Shown: piece after piece, positions 1-19,234 of the stretch
How positions within the stretch are numbered: position 1 is the first letter of the stretch
How the letters are laid out: every line of letters starts with the position of its first letter
Program-made: the position numbers and the translations under genes
The notes under the pieces: generated by a model
What the model was told of the DNA's origin: nothing
Seen by the model: the letters and a program-made list of their open reading frames with translations, nothing else
Databases searched by the model: none
Source of the DNA: Chrysomallon squamiferum
Lineage: Eukaryota > Animalia > Mollusca
Assembly (NCBI GenBank): GCA_012295275.1
Contig: CM022677.1
Span: forward strand, 16,616,001 to 16,680,000
Direction: 5' to 3'
DNA: 64,000 bases

Positions 1-753
1 TATTTGTTTTTCACCTAATTCTGGGGATTGTTGCCAGGTATCCAGGGACTGGTTGATATAGACAACAAGAACGACAACTCGTCTTAACTTTTCATGTGTT
101 TCGTAAACACCTATGTAAACATTTCTTTGTTATATCTTTAATTGATACTATGTCTTTGTGTCTATGACAATGACGCTATTATCATAACCTGTAGATGACA
201 GTACAGAGAAGAATGTATTACAGATATATAATAACACAATTAAAATGCACATGCGTGGAAATTTAACGTGGAGGACATACTCTCTCACATATAGTTCTTA
301 TTAACAAACATAGCATTTTTAATACAAATATATTTTTACAATTTATTATATGAAATCATATTTAGATGTCTCATCTGGTATACCTTTTCTCACATTTAAT
401 AACTTAGGATCAGTACATTGAAATATATAGTGATCATTCATCTCCAAGTTTGTTATGATTACAAATATTTTCTATTTTCTCTTAGAGGATTAAACCGTCA
501 TTCAGTTTCAATAGGACATTTAGCATTCGAGGTTCAGTTATAGTTTACAAGCTCGAGACATTTTTATTACATTTTGAATTGCTTATTGTTTTCGTACACC
601 CGATTATAAATGGTCTCTTTCTGTTAACTGTTATTCTTTAGCCAGTGTTTGTTTGTTTTAGCTTTTGCTTGTTGCTAGGCAACTAACTGTGTGTTTAGAA
701 CTGGTAACGTGAATACTCTTGTAATCTAAGTGTGTCTAGGTGTGTCTGGGTGT

Positions 754-1076
754 GTCTCGGTGGCCGAACCGTAACATCTTCCGCCTTCTGAGTGCGGGCG
801 AATGGGGGTCATACGTTCGAGTCTCGTCAGCGGCATCTGACGGGTTTGTGAGGTCGTGATTGGACTTTGTCCGACTGTACAAATAAACGTTCCCGAATAT
901 TGTCTATGTGCAGAGTCTAGACAGATGTACTTAAAACAGAGAATACTCAAAATCATGAAACTACATACATACATACATACATACATACATACATACATAC
1001 ATACATACATACATAGATGCATACATACATATACAAAATTAGATACATACGTACATACATACATGCATACATACAT
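754..1076 (+). mobile_element. Module A: candidate tRNA-derived SINE or Pol III-type unit (first of 13 core copies)
   Basis: A-box-like TGGCCGAACCG at 761, B-box-like GTTCGAGTC at 815, hairpin CGTCAG-cggcat-CTGACG, then a ~130-nt body and a (TACA)n tail. B-box cores on + at ~815, 2812, 4787, 6770, 9522, 11867, 19173 and on - at ~47581, 50258, 51905, 53031, 55469, 57451. Some copies lack the A-box part. Confidence 0.35.
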
Positions 1077-1289
1077 GTCTTTCCTTTCTTTTATTATAAT
1101 TATTAAAAATAAAATTGATATCATGTACGACAACTAATGAGCTTTTTACGTCACAATATCTACATACACTCCTATAAATAAAACTGTTAGTAACTTTGAC
1201 AACCACATAACATAATGTAACAGTTTCACATCACCGTTATAAAACCTGAAACTAAAATAAAATACGTTTCAAACACGGAGTAGCGTTTT

Positions 1290-1680
1290 CTAATTTCCAC
1301 CACGTGTTTTCACGTCACGGCCTTGATCTCTTTGTCAGTTATTACTTGTTGCTAGGCAACTAACTGTGTGCTTAGAGCTGTTAACGTGCATGCTCGCGCT
1401 GTGATGGTGTGTGGCAAGTTCCGGCACGTGTTATGACGTCATGAAATCGGAAAACTGTCGCAGAAAATAACCAAAACAAAATAAACCGGAATCAAATGTC
1501 AGGGGTCAAGTACCCGAAGATTTCGGTCGCTGGGTCATAACTACGTCATAAAATGGCGCGAAGGACAACATAACCAGTGAGTTGCAGACTGTTAGCGAAA
1601 AGAGAATCACGGTGTTGTAATTATTTTCTCTACCAGTCTGACTTTCATTTCGTGTAGCACGTGTGTACGTTTGGTGAGCA
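1290..1680 (+). promoter_or_regulatory. Module B: Pol II promoter-like cassette (first of 13 copies)
   Basis: Fixed order: CACGTG, CAGTTA (MYB-type), GTTGCTAGGCAAC (RFX X-box, 1348), TAACTG/CTGTTA (MYB-type), TTCCGG+CACGTG (ETS/E-box, 1419-1430), TGACGTCA (CRE, 1434), AAAATGGCG (YY1, 1550). Locally CpG-rich within AT-rich DNA. Function is inferred from motifs only. Confidence 0.55.
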
Positions 1681-1912
1681 CATGTATTTACTTATATGTA
1701 TTTTGTTGATTACTTTATGTGTTGTTTTATTATTGATTAATGTCTTCATATTAAAACTAAGTACACCATTTTGATGTTCAAATCTCTAAGACAAGAACAA
1801 ATTTGAAAAGATGTTATATAAATATTTGGTATTATAACCAGTGAAAGTTTTGTTTATTTATCTAAGCTGGTTTCTTGTTTAAAGTGTAATAAGTATTCCA
1901 TTGAGTTTATTG

Positions 1913-1964
<52 letters not shown>

Positions 1965-2977
1965 GTCTAAAGAGTATTTTTGTTATTTCTTTTCTGATAT
2001 TTGTTTTTCACCTAATTCTGGGGATTGTTGCCAGGTATCCAGGGACTGGTTGATATAGACAACAAGAACGACAACTCGTCTTAACTTTTCATGTGTTTCG
2101 TAAACACCTATGTAAACATTTCTTTGTTATATCTTTAATTGATACTATGTCTTTGTGTCTATGACAATGACGCTATTATCATAACCTGTAGATGACAGTA
2201 CAGAGAAGAATGTATTACAGATATATAATAACACAATTAAAATGCACATGCGTGGAAATTTAACGTGGAGGACATACTCTCTCACATATAGTTCTTATTA
2301 ACAAACATAGCATTTTTAATACAAATATATTTTTACAATTTATTATATGAAATCATATTTAGATGTCTCATCTGGTATACCTTTTCTCACATTTAATAAC
2401 TTAGGATCAGTACATTGAAATATATAGTGATCATTCATCTCCAAGTTTGTTATGATTACAAATATTTTCTATTTTCTCTTAGAGGATTAAACCGTCATTC
2501 AGTTTCAATAGGACATTTAGCATTCGAGGTTCAGTTATAGTTTACAAGCTCGAGACATTTTTATTACATTTTGAATTGCTTATTGTTTTCGTACACCCGA
2601 TTATAAATGGTCTCTTTCTGTTAACTGTTATTCTTTAGCCAGTGTTTGTTTGTTTTAGCTTTTGCTTGTTGCTAGGCAACTAACTGTGTGTTTAGAACTG
2701 GTAACGTGAATACTCTTGTAATCTAAGTGTGTCTAGGTGTGTCTGGGTGTGTCTCGGTGGCCGAACCGTAACATCTTCCGCCTTCTGAGTGCGGGCGAAT
2801 GGGGGTCATACGTTCGAGTCTCGTCAGCGGCATCTGACGGGTTTGTGAGGTCGTGATTGGACTTTGTCCGACTGTACAAATAAACGTTCCCGAATATTGT
2901 CTATGTGCAGAGTCTAGACAGATGTACTTAAAACAGAGAATACTCAAAATCATGAAACTACATACATACATACATAC

Positions 2978-3008
<31 letters not shown>

Positions 3009-4952
3009 GATGCATACATACATATACAAAATTAGATACATACGTACATACATACATGCATACATACATGTCTTTCCTTTCTTTTATTATAATTATTAAA
3101 AATAAAATTGATATCATGTACGACAACTAATGAGCTTTTTACGTCACAATATCTACATACACTCCTATAAATAAAACTGTTAGTAACTTTGACAACCACA
3201 TAACATAATGTAACAGTTTCACATCACCGTTATAAAACCTGAAACTAAAATAAAATACGTTTCAAACACGGAGTAGCGTTTTCTAATTTCCACCACGTGT
3301 TTTCACGTCACGGCCTTGATCTCTTTGTCAGTTATTACTTGTTGCTAGGCAACTAACTGTGTGCTTAGAGCTGTTAACGTGAATGCTCGCGCTGTGATGG
3401 TGTGTGGCAAGTTCCGGCACGTGTTATGACGTCATGAAATCGGAAAACTGTCGCAGAAAATAACCAAAACAAAATAAACCGGAATCAAATGTCAGGGGTC
3501 AAGTACCCGAAGATTTCGGTCGCTGGGTCATAACTACGTCATAAAATGGCGCGAAGGACAACATAACCAGTGAGTTGCAGACTGTTAGCGAAAAGAGAAT
3601 CACGGTGTTGTAATTATTTTCTCTACCAGTCTGACTTTCATTTCGTGTAGCACGTGTGTACGTTTGGTGAGCACATGTATTTACTTATATGTATTTTGTT
3701 GATTACTTTATGTGTTGTTTTATTATTGATTAATGTCTTCATATTAAAACTAAGTACACCATTTTGATGTTCAAATCTCTAAGACAAGAACAAATTTGAA
3801 AAGATGTTATATAAATATTTGGTATTATAACCAGTGAAAGTTTTGTTTATTTATCTAAGCTGGTTTCTTGTTTAAAGTGTAATAAGTATTCCATTGAGTT
3901 TATTGCTGTGAGAGTATATATATATATATATATACACACGTCTAAAGAGTATTTTTGTTATTTCTTTTCTGATATTTGTTTTTCACCTAATTCTGGGGAT
4001 TGTTGCCAGGTATCCAGGGACTGGTTGATATAGACAACAAGAACGACAACTCGTCTTAACTTTTCATGTGTTTCGTAAACACCTATGTAAACATTTCTTT
4101 GTTATATCTTTAATTGATACTATGTCTTTGTGTCTATGACAATGACGCTATTATCATAACCTGTAGATGACAGTACAGAGAAGAATGTATTACAGATATA
4201 TAATAACACAATTAAAATGCACATGCGTGGAAATTTAACGTGGAGGACATACTCTCTCACATATAGTTCTTATTAACAAACATAGCATTTTTAATACAAA
4301 TATATTTTTACAATTTATTATATGAAATCATATTTAGATGTCTCATCTGGTATACCTTTTCTCACATTTAATAACTTAGGATCAGTACATTGAAATATAT
4401 AGTGATCATTCATCTCCAAGTTTGTTATGATTACAAATATTTTCTATTTTCTCTTAGAGGATTAAACCGTCATTCAGTTTCAATAGGACATTTAGCATTC
4501 GAGGTTCAGTTATAGTTTACAAGCTCGAGACATTTTTATTACATTTTGAATTGCTTATTGTTTTCGTACACCCGATTATAAATGGTTTCTTTCTGTTAAC
4601 TGTTATTCTTTAGCCAGTGTTTGTTTGTTTTAGCTTTTGCTTGTTGCTAGGCAACTAACTGTGTGTTTAGAACTGGTAACGTGAATACTCTTGTAATCTA
4701 AGTGTGTCTAGGTGTGTCTGGGTGTGTCTCGGTGGCCGAACCGTAACATCTTCCGCCTTCTGAGTGCGGGCGAATGGGGGTCATACGTTCGAGTCTCGTC
4801 AGCGGCATCTGACGGGTTTGTGAGGTCGTGATTGGACTTTGTCCGACTGTACAAATAAACGTTCCCGAATATTGTCTATGTGCAGAGTCTAGACAGATGT
4901 ACTTAAAACAGAGAATACTCAAAATCATGAAACTACATACATACATACATAC

Positions 4953-4983
<31 letters not shown>

Positions 4984-5892
4984 CATAGATGCATACATAC
5001 ATATACAAAATTAGATACATACGTACATACATACATGCATACATACATGTCTTTCCTTTCTTTTATTATAATTATTAAAAATAAAATTGATATCATGTAC
5101 GACAACTAATGAGCTTTTACGTCACAATATCTACATACACTCCTATAAATAAAACTGTTAGTAACTTTGACAACCACATAACATAATGTAACAGTTTCAC
5201 ATCACCGTTATAAAACCTGAAACTAAAATAAAATACGTTTCAAACACGGAGTAGCGTTTTCTAATTTCCACCACGTGTTTTCACGTCACGGCCTTGATCT
5301 CTTTGTCAGTTATTACTTGTTGCTAGGCAACTAACTGTGTGCTTAGAGCTGTTAACGTGAATGCTCGCGCTGTGATGGTGTGTGGCAAGTTCCGGCACGT
5401 GTTATGACGTCATGAAATCGGAAAACTGTCGCAGAAAATAACCAAAACAAAATAAACCGGAATCAAATGTCAGGGGTCAAGTACCCGAAGATTTCGGTCG
5501 CTGGGTCATAACTACGTCATAAAATGGCGCGAAGGACAACATAACCAGTGAGTTGCAGACTGTTAGCGAAAAGAGAATCACGGTGTTGTAATTATTTTCT
5601 CTACCAGTCTGACTTTCATTTCGTGTAGCACGTGTGTACGTTTGGTGAGCACATGTATTTACTTATATGTATTTTGTTGATTACTTTATGTGTTGTTTTA
5701 TTATTGATTAATGTCTTCATATTAAAACTAAGTACACCATTTTGATGTTCAAATCTCTAAGACAAGAACAAATTTGAAAAGATGTTATATAAATATTTGG
5801 TATTATAACCAGTGAAAGTTTTGTTTATTTATCTAAGCTGGTTTCTTGTTTAAAGTGTAATAAGTATTCCATTGAGTTTATTGCTGTGAGAG

Positions 5893-5923
<31 letters not shown>

Positions 5924-6935
5924 GTCTAAAGAGTATTTTTGTTATTTCTTTTCTGATATTTGTTTTTCACCTAATTCTGGGGATTGTTGCCAGGTATCCG
6001 GGACTGGTTGATATAGACAACAAGAACGACAACTCGTCTTAACTTTTCATGTGTTTCGTAAACACCTATGTAAACATTTCTTTGTTATATCTTTAATTGA
6101 TACTATGTCTTTGTGTCTATGACAATGACGCTATTATCATAACCTGTAGATGACAGTACAGAGAAGAATGTATTACAGATATATAATAACACAATTAAAA
6201 TGCACATGCGTGGAAATTTAACGTGGAGGACATACTCTCTCACATATAGTTCTTATTAACAAACATAGCATTTTTAATACAAATATATTTTTACAATTTA
6301 TTATATGAAATCATATTTAGATGTCTCATCTGGTATACCTTTTCTCACATTTAATAACTTAGGATCAGTACATTGAAATATATAGTGATCATTCATCTCC
6401 AAGTTTGTTATGATTACAAATATTTTCTATTTTCTCTTAGAGGATTAAACCGTCATTCAGTTTCAATAGGACATTTAGCATTCGAGGTTCAGTTATAGTT
6501 TACAAGCTCGAGACATTTTTATTACATTTTGAATTGCTTATTGTTTTCGTACACCCGATTATAAATGGTTTCTTTCTGTTAACTGTTATTCTTTAGCCAG
6601 TGTTTGTTTGTTTTAGCTTTTGCTTGTTGCTAGGCAACTAACTGTGTGTTTAGAACTGGTAACGTGAATACTCTTGTAATCTAAGTGTGTCTAGGTGTGT
6701 CTGGGTGTGTCTCGGTGGCCGAACCGTAACATCTTCCGCCTTCTGAGTGCGGGCGAATGGGGGTCATACGTTCGAGTCTCGTCAGCGGCATCTGACGGGT
6801 TTGTGAGGTCGTGATTGGACTTTGTCCGACTGTACAAATAAACGTTCCCGAATATTGTCTATGTGCAGAGTCTAGACAGATGTACTTAAAACAGAGAATA
6901 CTCAAAATCATGAAACTACATACATACATACATAC

Positions 6936-6966
<31 letters not shown>

Positions 6967-7859
6967 CATACATAGATGCATACATACATATACAAAATTA
7001 GATACATACATACATGTCTTTCCTTTCTTTTATTATAATTATTAAAAATAAAATTGATATCATGTACGACAACTAATGAGCTTTTTACGGCACAATATCT
7101 ACATACACTCCTATAAATAAAACTGTTAGTAACTTTGACAACCACATAACATAATGTAACAGTTTCACATCACCGTTATAAAACCTGAAACTAAAATAAA
7201 ATACGTTTCAAACACGGAGTAGCGTTTTCTAATTTCCACCACGTGTTTTCACGTCACGGCCTTGATCTCTTTGTCAGTTATTACTTGTTGCTAGGCAACT
7301 AACTGTGTGCTTAGAGCTGTTAACGTGAATGCTCGCGCTGTGATGGTGTGTGGCAAGTTCCGGCACGTGTTATGACGTCATGAAATCGGAAAACTGTCGC
7401 AGAAAATAACCAAAACAAAATAAACCGGAATCAAATGTCAGGGGTCAAGTACCCGAAGATTTCGGTCGCTGGGTCATAACTACGTCATAAAATGGCGCGA
7501 AGGACAACATAACCAGTGAGTTGCAGACTGTTAGCGAAAAGAGAATCACGGTGTTGTAATTATTTTCTCTACCAGTCTGACTTTCATTTCGTGTAGCACG
7601 TGTGTACGTTTGGTGAGCACATGTATTTACTTATATGTATTTTGTTGATTACTTTATGTGTTGTTTTATTATTGATTAATGTCTTCATATTAAAACTAAG
7701 TACACCATTTTGATGTTCAAATCTCTAAGACAAGAACAAATTTGAAAAGATGTTATATAAATATTTGGTATTATAACCAGTGAAAGTTTTGTTTATTTAT
7801 CTAAGCTGGTTTCTTGTTTAAAGTGTAATAAGTATTCCATTGAGTTTATTGCTGTGAGA

Positions 7860-7911
<52 letters not shown>

Positions 7912-8895
7912 GTCTAAAGAGTATTTTTTGTTGTTATTTCTTTTCTGATATTTGTTTTTCACCTAATTCTGGGGATTGTTGCCAGGTATCCGGGACTGGT
8001 TGATATAGACAACAAGAACGACAACTCGTCTTAACTTTTCATGTGTTTCGTAAACACCTATGTAAACATTTCTTTGTTATATCTTTAATTGATACTATGT
8101 CTTTGTGTCTATGACAATGACGCTATTATCATAACCTGTAGATGACAGTACAGAGAAGAATGTATTACAGATATATAATAACACAATTAAAATGCACATG
8201 CGTGGAAATTTAACGTGGAGGACATACTCTCTCACATATAGTTCTTATTAACAAACATAGCATTTTTAATACAAATATATTTTTACAATTTATTATATGA
8301 AATCATATTTAGATGTCTCATCTGGTATACCTTTTCTCACATTTAATAACTTAGGATCAGTACATTGAAATATATAGTGATCATTCATCTCCAAGTTTGT
8401 TATGATTACAAATATTTTCTATTTTCTCTTAGAGGTTAAACCGTCATTCAGTTTCAATAGGACATTTAGCATTCGAGGTTCAGTTATAGTTTACAAGCTC
8501 GAGACATTTTTATTACATTTTGAATTGCTTATTGTTTTCGTACACCCGATTATAAACTGTCTCTTTCAATTAACTGTTACGTTTTAGCCAGTGTTTGTTT
8601 GTCTGAGCTGGTTTGTTCTTTAAAGTGTAAACGAGTGTTTCATTGTGTTTATTGCTTGCACCCAGTTTTGAACTGTGACAGTATGTGTGTACTTTTAAAT
8701 ATTTTTAAATTTGTTTTCCTTAAATATCAACATCGCCGCTATAATGTCAAAAAGTAATTTTTAAGTTAGAGTCAGAAATTACAGAAGGTGATATATTTCT
8801 GGAACGTGCCATTAAATAAATAAATAAACGTTTTGTCAGTTGATAAAGATTTTAGAAAGAGCATTTTCTTTCTTTCAAAAGTAAACTTGAGTTTC

Positions 8896-8987
<92 letters not shown>

Positions 8988-9659
8988 GTGTGTGTGTGTG
9001 TCTGTGTGTGTGTATGTAGGTATGTATATATATATATTTCTCTATGGTTATCTGTTAGTGTCTCTGTCAGTCATTCTCTGTGTGCATGTATATCTATCTG
9101 TTTGTCTGCATGTTTGGCTGGATATGAAAACTCGTGGTATGTACTGTTCTGTCTATGAGGCGCTTCGAACTGAGAAAAGTAACCTATGGTCTAATGATGA
9201 AGTCTTTCCTCTCTCTTATAACAATTATTCAAAATAAAACTGCTATCATGTACGACCTTTCTACTAATGACCTTTTTACGTCACAGTATCTTCATCCACT
9301 TCTACAAATAAAACTGTTAATTACTTTGACAACCATATAAAATAATGTAACAATTTCACATGACAGTTATAAAAGCTAAAACTAAAATAAAATTCGTTAC
9401 AATTTCTCTGATAAATTAAAACATGGAGCGGTGTGTTGTAATCTAGGTGTGTCTAGGTGTGTCTCGATGGCCGAACCGTAACATCGACCGCCTTCTGAGT
9501 CCGGGTGAATGGGTGTCATACGTTCGAGTCTCGTCAGCGGCATCTGACGGGTTTGTGAGGTCGTGACTGGACTTTGTCCTCCTGCGCCAGTGCGTTCCTG
9601 AATATTATCTAAGTGCAGAGTCTAATCAGATGTACATAGGCCAGAGTATATTCAAAATC

Positions 9660-13520
<3,861 letters not shown>

Positions 13521-14038
13521 CATACAGTCTGTCTATACATCGATATACAGATATGCTTAAACGTTGTATAGGTATATTTAAGAGTCATTCAAAATAAAAA
13601 TAAATAAAATATGAACATAAAGAACGAAAAAAAGAAAGAAAGAAAGAAGAAATAAAGACAAATGAGAAATAACATTTTAAAAACTAAGTATAAATTTCAA
13701 ATTACTAGCTTTGATGCTAAATCTAGATTCTTGTGAAATTTCTGTTCATGATTTTAATATTATTTCTATTATTAAAAACAATAAAAAACAAAACATATTG
13801 AAGAATAATAACTAAATCATTTAAGAATTCAAAACAGAAACGATGATAAATAAAATAAAATAAAATAAAGCAAATATAAAATAAAGAAAGAAAGACACAC
13901 AAAGAAAAATGACAAAGAAAATGTTTAAAACTAATTTTTAAAAACAGTGTCAGAAGCTAACTCGCTTGAATACTCAAACTCTGTACACGTTACTTTATTA
14001 CATTTTTTCCTACAGAGATTGTTTTTGAATAAACATAC

Positions 14039-14150
14039 CTGCATACACAAATATAAATAATACTAGTATTGCATATTTGTTCAATGTACTTGATGGTAGC
14101 AACAACAACGAGCTTGTCTGTATCTCCTTGTCTGTAAATGTCCACACACC
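14039..14150 (-). CDS. Possible isolated 112-nt coding exon, hydrophobic, weakly tetraspanin TM1-EC1-TM2-like
   Basis: Minus strand TTACAG| ... GCAG|GTATGT with open frame GVWTFTDKEIQTSSLLLLPSSTLNKYAILVLFIFVYA(G). No partner exons were identified. Confidence 0.25.
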
Positions 14151-14767
14151 CTGTAACACAGCTATGAAAAATTCACAGGTTGAAGCCAGCTTTAAAAGTT
14201 AGGCCAAACACCTAATTTATGTTAAAGAAAAGCTAAATAATTTTTGTTTTCAAAAAAATCAAAAAATGAAAGCACTATTCTAGAAAATGTGATGACAATA
14301 AGAACAAAGCCAGCGATTCTGATACTACTACTACTACTACTAATCATAATAATAATAACAAAGCGTCGAATTTACATAATGATTCCTGAATGACGTAAGA
14401 ATGACGAAACGGTTCAAACCGTTGTTTCCAGTAAGCAGTATTAATTATTATTTTTAAATTTCTACATTACAGAAAATTGTAAGTTTTAATCGCTTTATTT
14501 TCATAAAATCGTGTTTGTTAAGTTTCTTTTTATTTAATTTTCATAATAATATTATTATTTTTCATTTGTTTCGAAAGTTTCTGTGAGTGAGAGAAATTAA
14601 GAATATTTCCCGTGTCACAAGCTTCAGACAGTCTCCCACTTTCGAAAGGACGATGATACACCATAGAAAGATACAGTATACTCAATCGTTAATGTATTAT
14701 TATTAGTATTATTATTAATATTATATTTCCTATATAAACTAATTAAATACTACTATTACTACTGCTA

Positions 14768-14828
<61 letters not shown>

Positions 14829-15190
14829 ATTTAACAATAATATAATTAAAAAATTGTCGCATATTCAAAAACCTAAATTAACCTAACATTACTTAACGGG
14901 TTTTTTCCAAATAAATATCTTTAAAACGTTAGTATCGCCCCGTGCAGTAGATTAGTGACATGGTTTAAAAAAGGTGGTTTGCAATATTGCGGAGGATGAC
15001 AATGTGGGAATCGATTTTTATTTATTTGTTTTCTTATTGTTCTTCTTCTTATTTGTTTTCTTTTAAGGAACTATGTGAATTTGCAATATCATCCATGAAC
15101 GGTTATAAAGTCTACACAATTCTTTACAATAATTTTATTGGAAGAAACGAATGGAATATACCGGGTAGATATCTGCTAACAGACAACAAC

Positions 15191-15223
<33 letters not shown>

Positions 15224-15440
15224 AATAAAGTAAAAAAAAATAATAAAACTAAAATAAAATAAAAATAATTAAAAAAATATAAACAAATAAAAGCAGAATG
15301 CACTGGTTAAAGATTGACAGCCGATTTCAGATTGAAGAACCGCGCATGTTCACCTGTGTCTGAGTACCCACGTGACCTACAATTGTAAGGAATCCTCATA
15401 TAGTTAACGTCGAACGATGATGTTTATCATTTTTTCAGTT

Positions 15441-15546
<106 letters not shown>

Positions 15547-15559
15547 TACACACGTTTTA

Positions 15560-15684
15560 TTTGCGAACAAAATTGCAGAATGATAAGAGTATTATTTAGA
15601 AAAGAGGTTTTCAGACTGTGCTACACAAGCAATATATATATATTCTAAATAATACTGTTATCATTCTGCAATTTTGTTCGCAAA
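15560..15684. repeat. Inverted repeat: 42-bp arms, 1 mismatch, 41-nt loop
   Basis: TTTGCGAACAAAATTGCAGAATGATAAGAGTATTATTTAGAA (15560-15601) is the reverse complement of 15643-15684 except at one base. Confidence 0.9.
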
Positions 15685-16005
15685 AAAAAAAAAACGGTTA
15701 TATACATTTCGTGAGTTTTGTATTCTGTTCATGACGGAGTTAACATTAGACATGCACTCACAAAAACAAATACATTGGTATAAATACACGCATACATACA
15801 CATACAAACACACATTGGTAAACACATACATACAAATATACATTCTTAAAGGCATACATACAAATTAAAACACATATAACACGTACACATACAGAATAAC
15901 AAACGCCTACACGTACACATTTGGACATGTACATATATATATGCACGCAATGTATATGTTTTACATAAACTGACACACACACATCCCCACACATACGCAC
16001 ACATT

Positions 16006-16104
<99 letters not shown>

Positions 16105-16109
16105 ACATT

Positions 16110-16529
16110 TTTTTTTCAAATGTCAGACTAAGCTTACTCAGCTTTTGTAAGTCCTTTTAAGAAAGTCATCTTGTTTGCAAAAGATATTCCAGCATTTTGA
16201 AGACTCAGATATCCTACTGAATGTGCCAATCTAATCAAAGCCTCCTTTCCTAAAGACGGGTTACTTTTTGACTTGATTCGAAGAATATTTGTTGTTGAAT
16301 TGAATGGGAAATCTGATTTTGATAAAGTCCTAGAAGGATGGAGGTGTACAACAAATCGAACAGTCTTTCTCTGTTGTGTCGGTACGGACAGACTGGCAAA
16401 GACATTTGGTGATTCTGGAGTAACGACTTGATAAATAAAAGAAGAGCTGTAACAACCACACTGTGAAGGACACTGTGCTCGAACTCCAAGACAGATGAAG
16501 TATATGAAGATCAATAGAATAATTTCCAT
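16110..16529 (-). pseudogene. N-terminus of a secreted or cell-surface leucine-rich-repeat protein, probably frameshifted and truncated
   Basis: Signal peptide MEIILLIFIYFICLGVRA, then LRRNT-like CPSQCGC and LRR-like VGYLSLQNAGI. TTTTCAG acceptor lies 6 nt before the ATG. Removing one A near 16145 converts LKGLTKAE* into LKGLTKLSKLSLT (LxxLxxLxxLxL). Alternatively the exon ends at GA|GTAAGC (~16138). Confidence 0.6.
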
Positions 16530-16609
16530 TATATTCTGAAAATTTAAATTATTCCAAATTCACATTGGTTCGACCACTTGGAAAAAATAAAATAATAATC
16601 TCTCTCTCT

Positions 16610-16712
<103 letters not shown>

Positions 16713-16739
16713 ATGTCACGTTTACTTGTAAAACAGGTT

Positions 16740-19155
<2,416 letters not shown>

Positions 19156-19234
19156 AAAATAAGGTGACACACGTTCGAGTCTCGTCAGCGGCATCTGACG
19201 GGCTTGTGAGGTCGTGATTGGACATTGTCCTCCT

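Larger units (their letters stand above)
1..8620 (+). repeat. Tandem array of a ~1.98-kb unit, 4 full copies plus a partial fifth (open at window start)
   Basis: Marker TATTTGTTTTTCACCTAATTCTGGGG recurs at 1, 1998, 3973, 5957 and 7949. Copies differ mainly in (TA)n and (TACA)n length. Confidence 0.97.

Noticed and set aside
754-836. Functional tRNA gene
   Set aside because: The T-stem and anticodon arm do not pair and no T4 terminator follows, so it is kept only as a tRNA-like head.
726-1137. Recurring ORF ...CFKYICLDSAHRQYSGTF...HPDTPRHT and its antisense partner
   Set aside because: It begins in a (TATG)n tract, its length changes with repeat number, it has no recognisable domain, and it recurs only because the DNA is duplicated.
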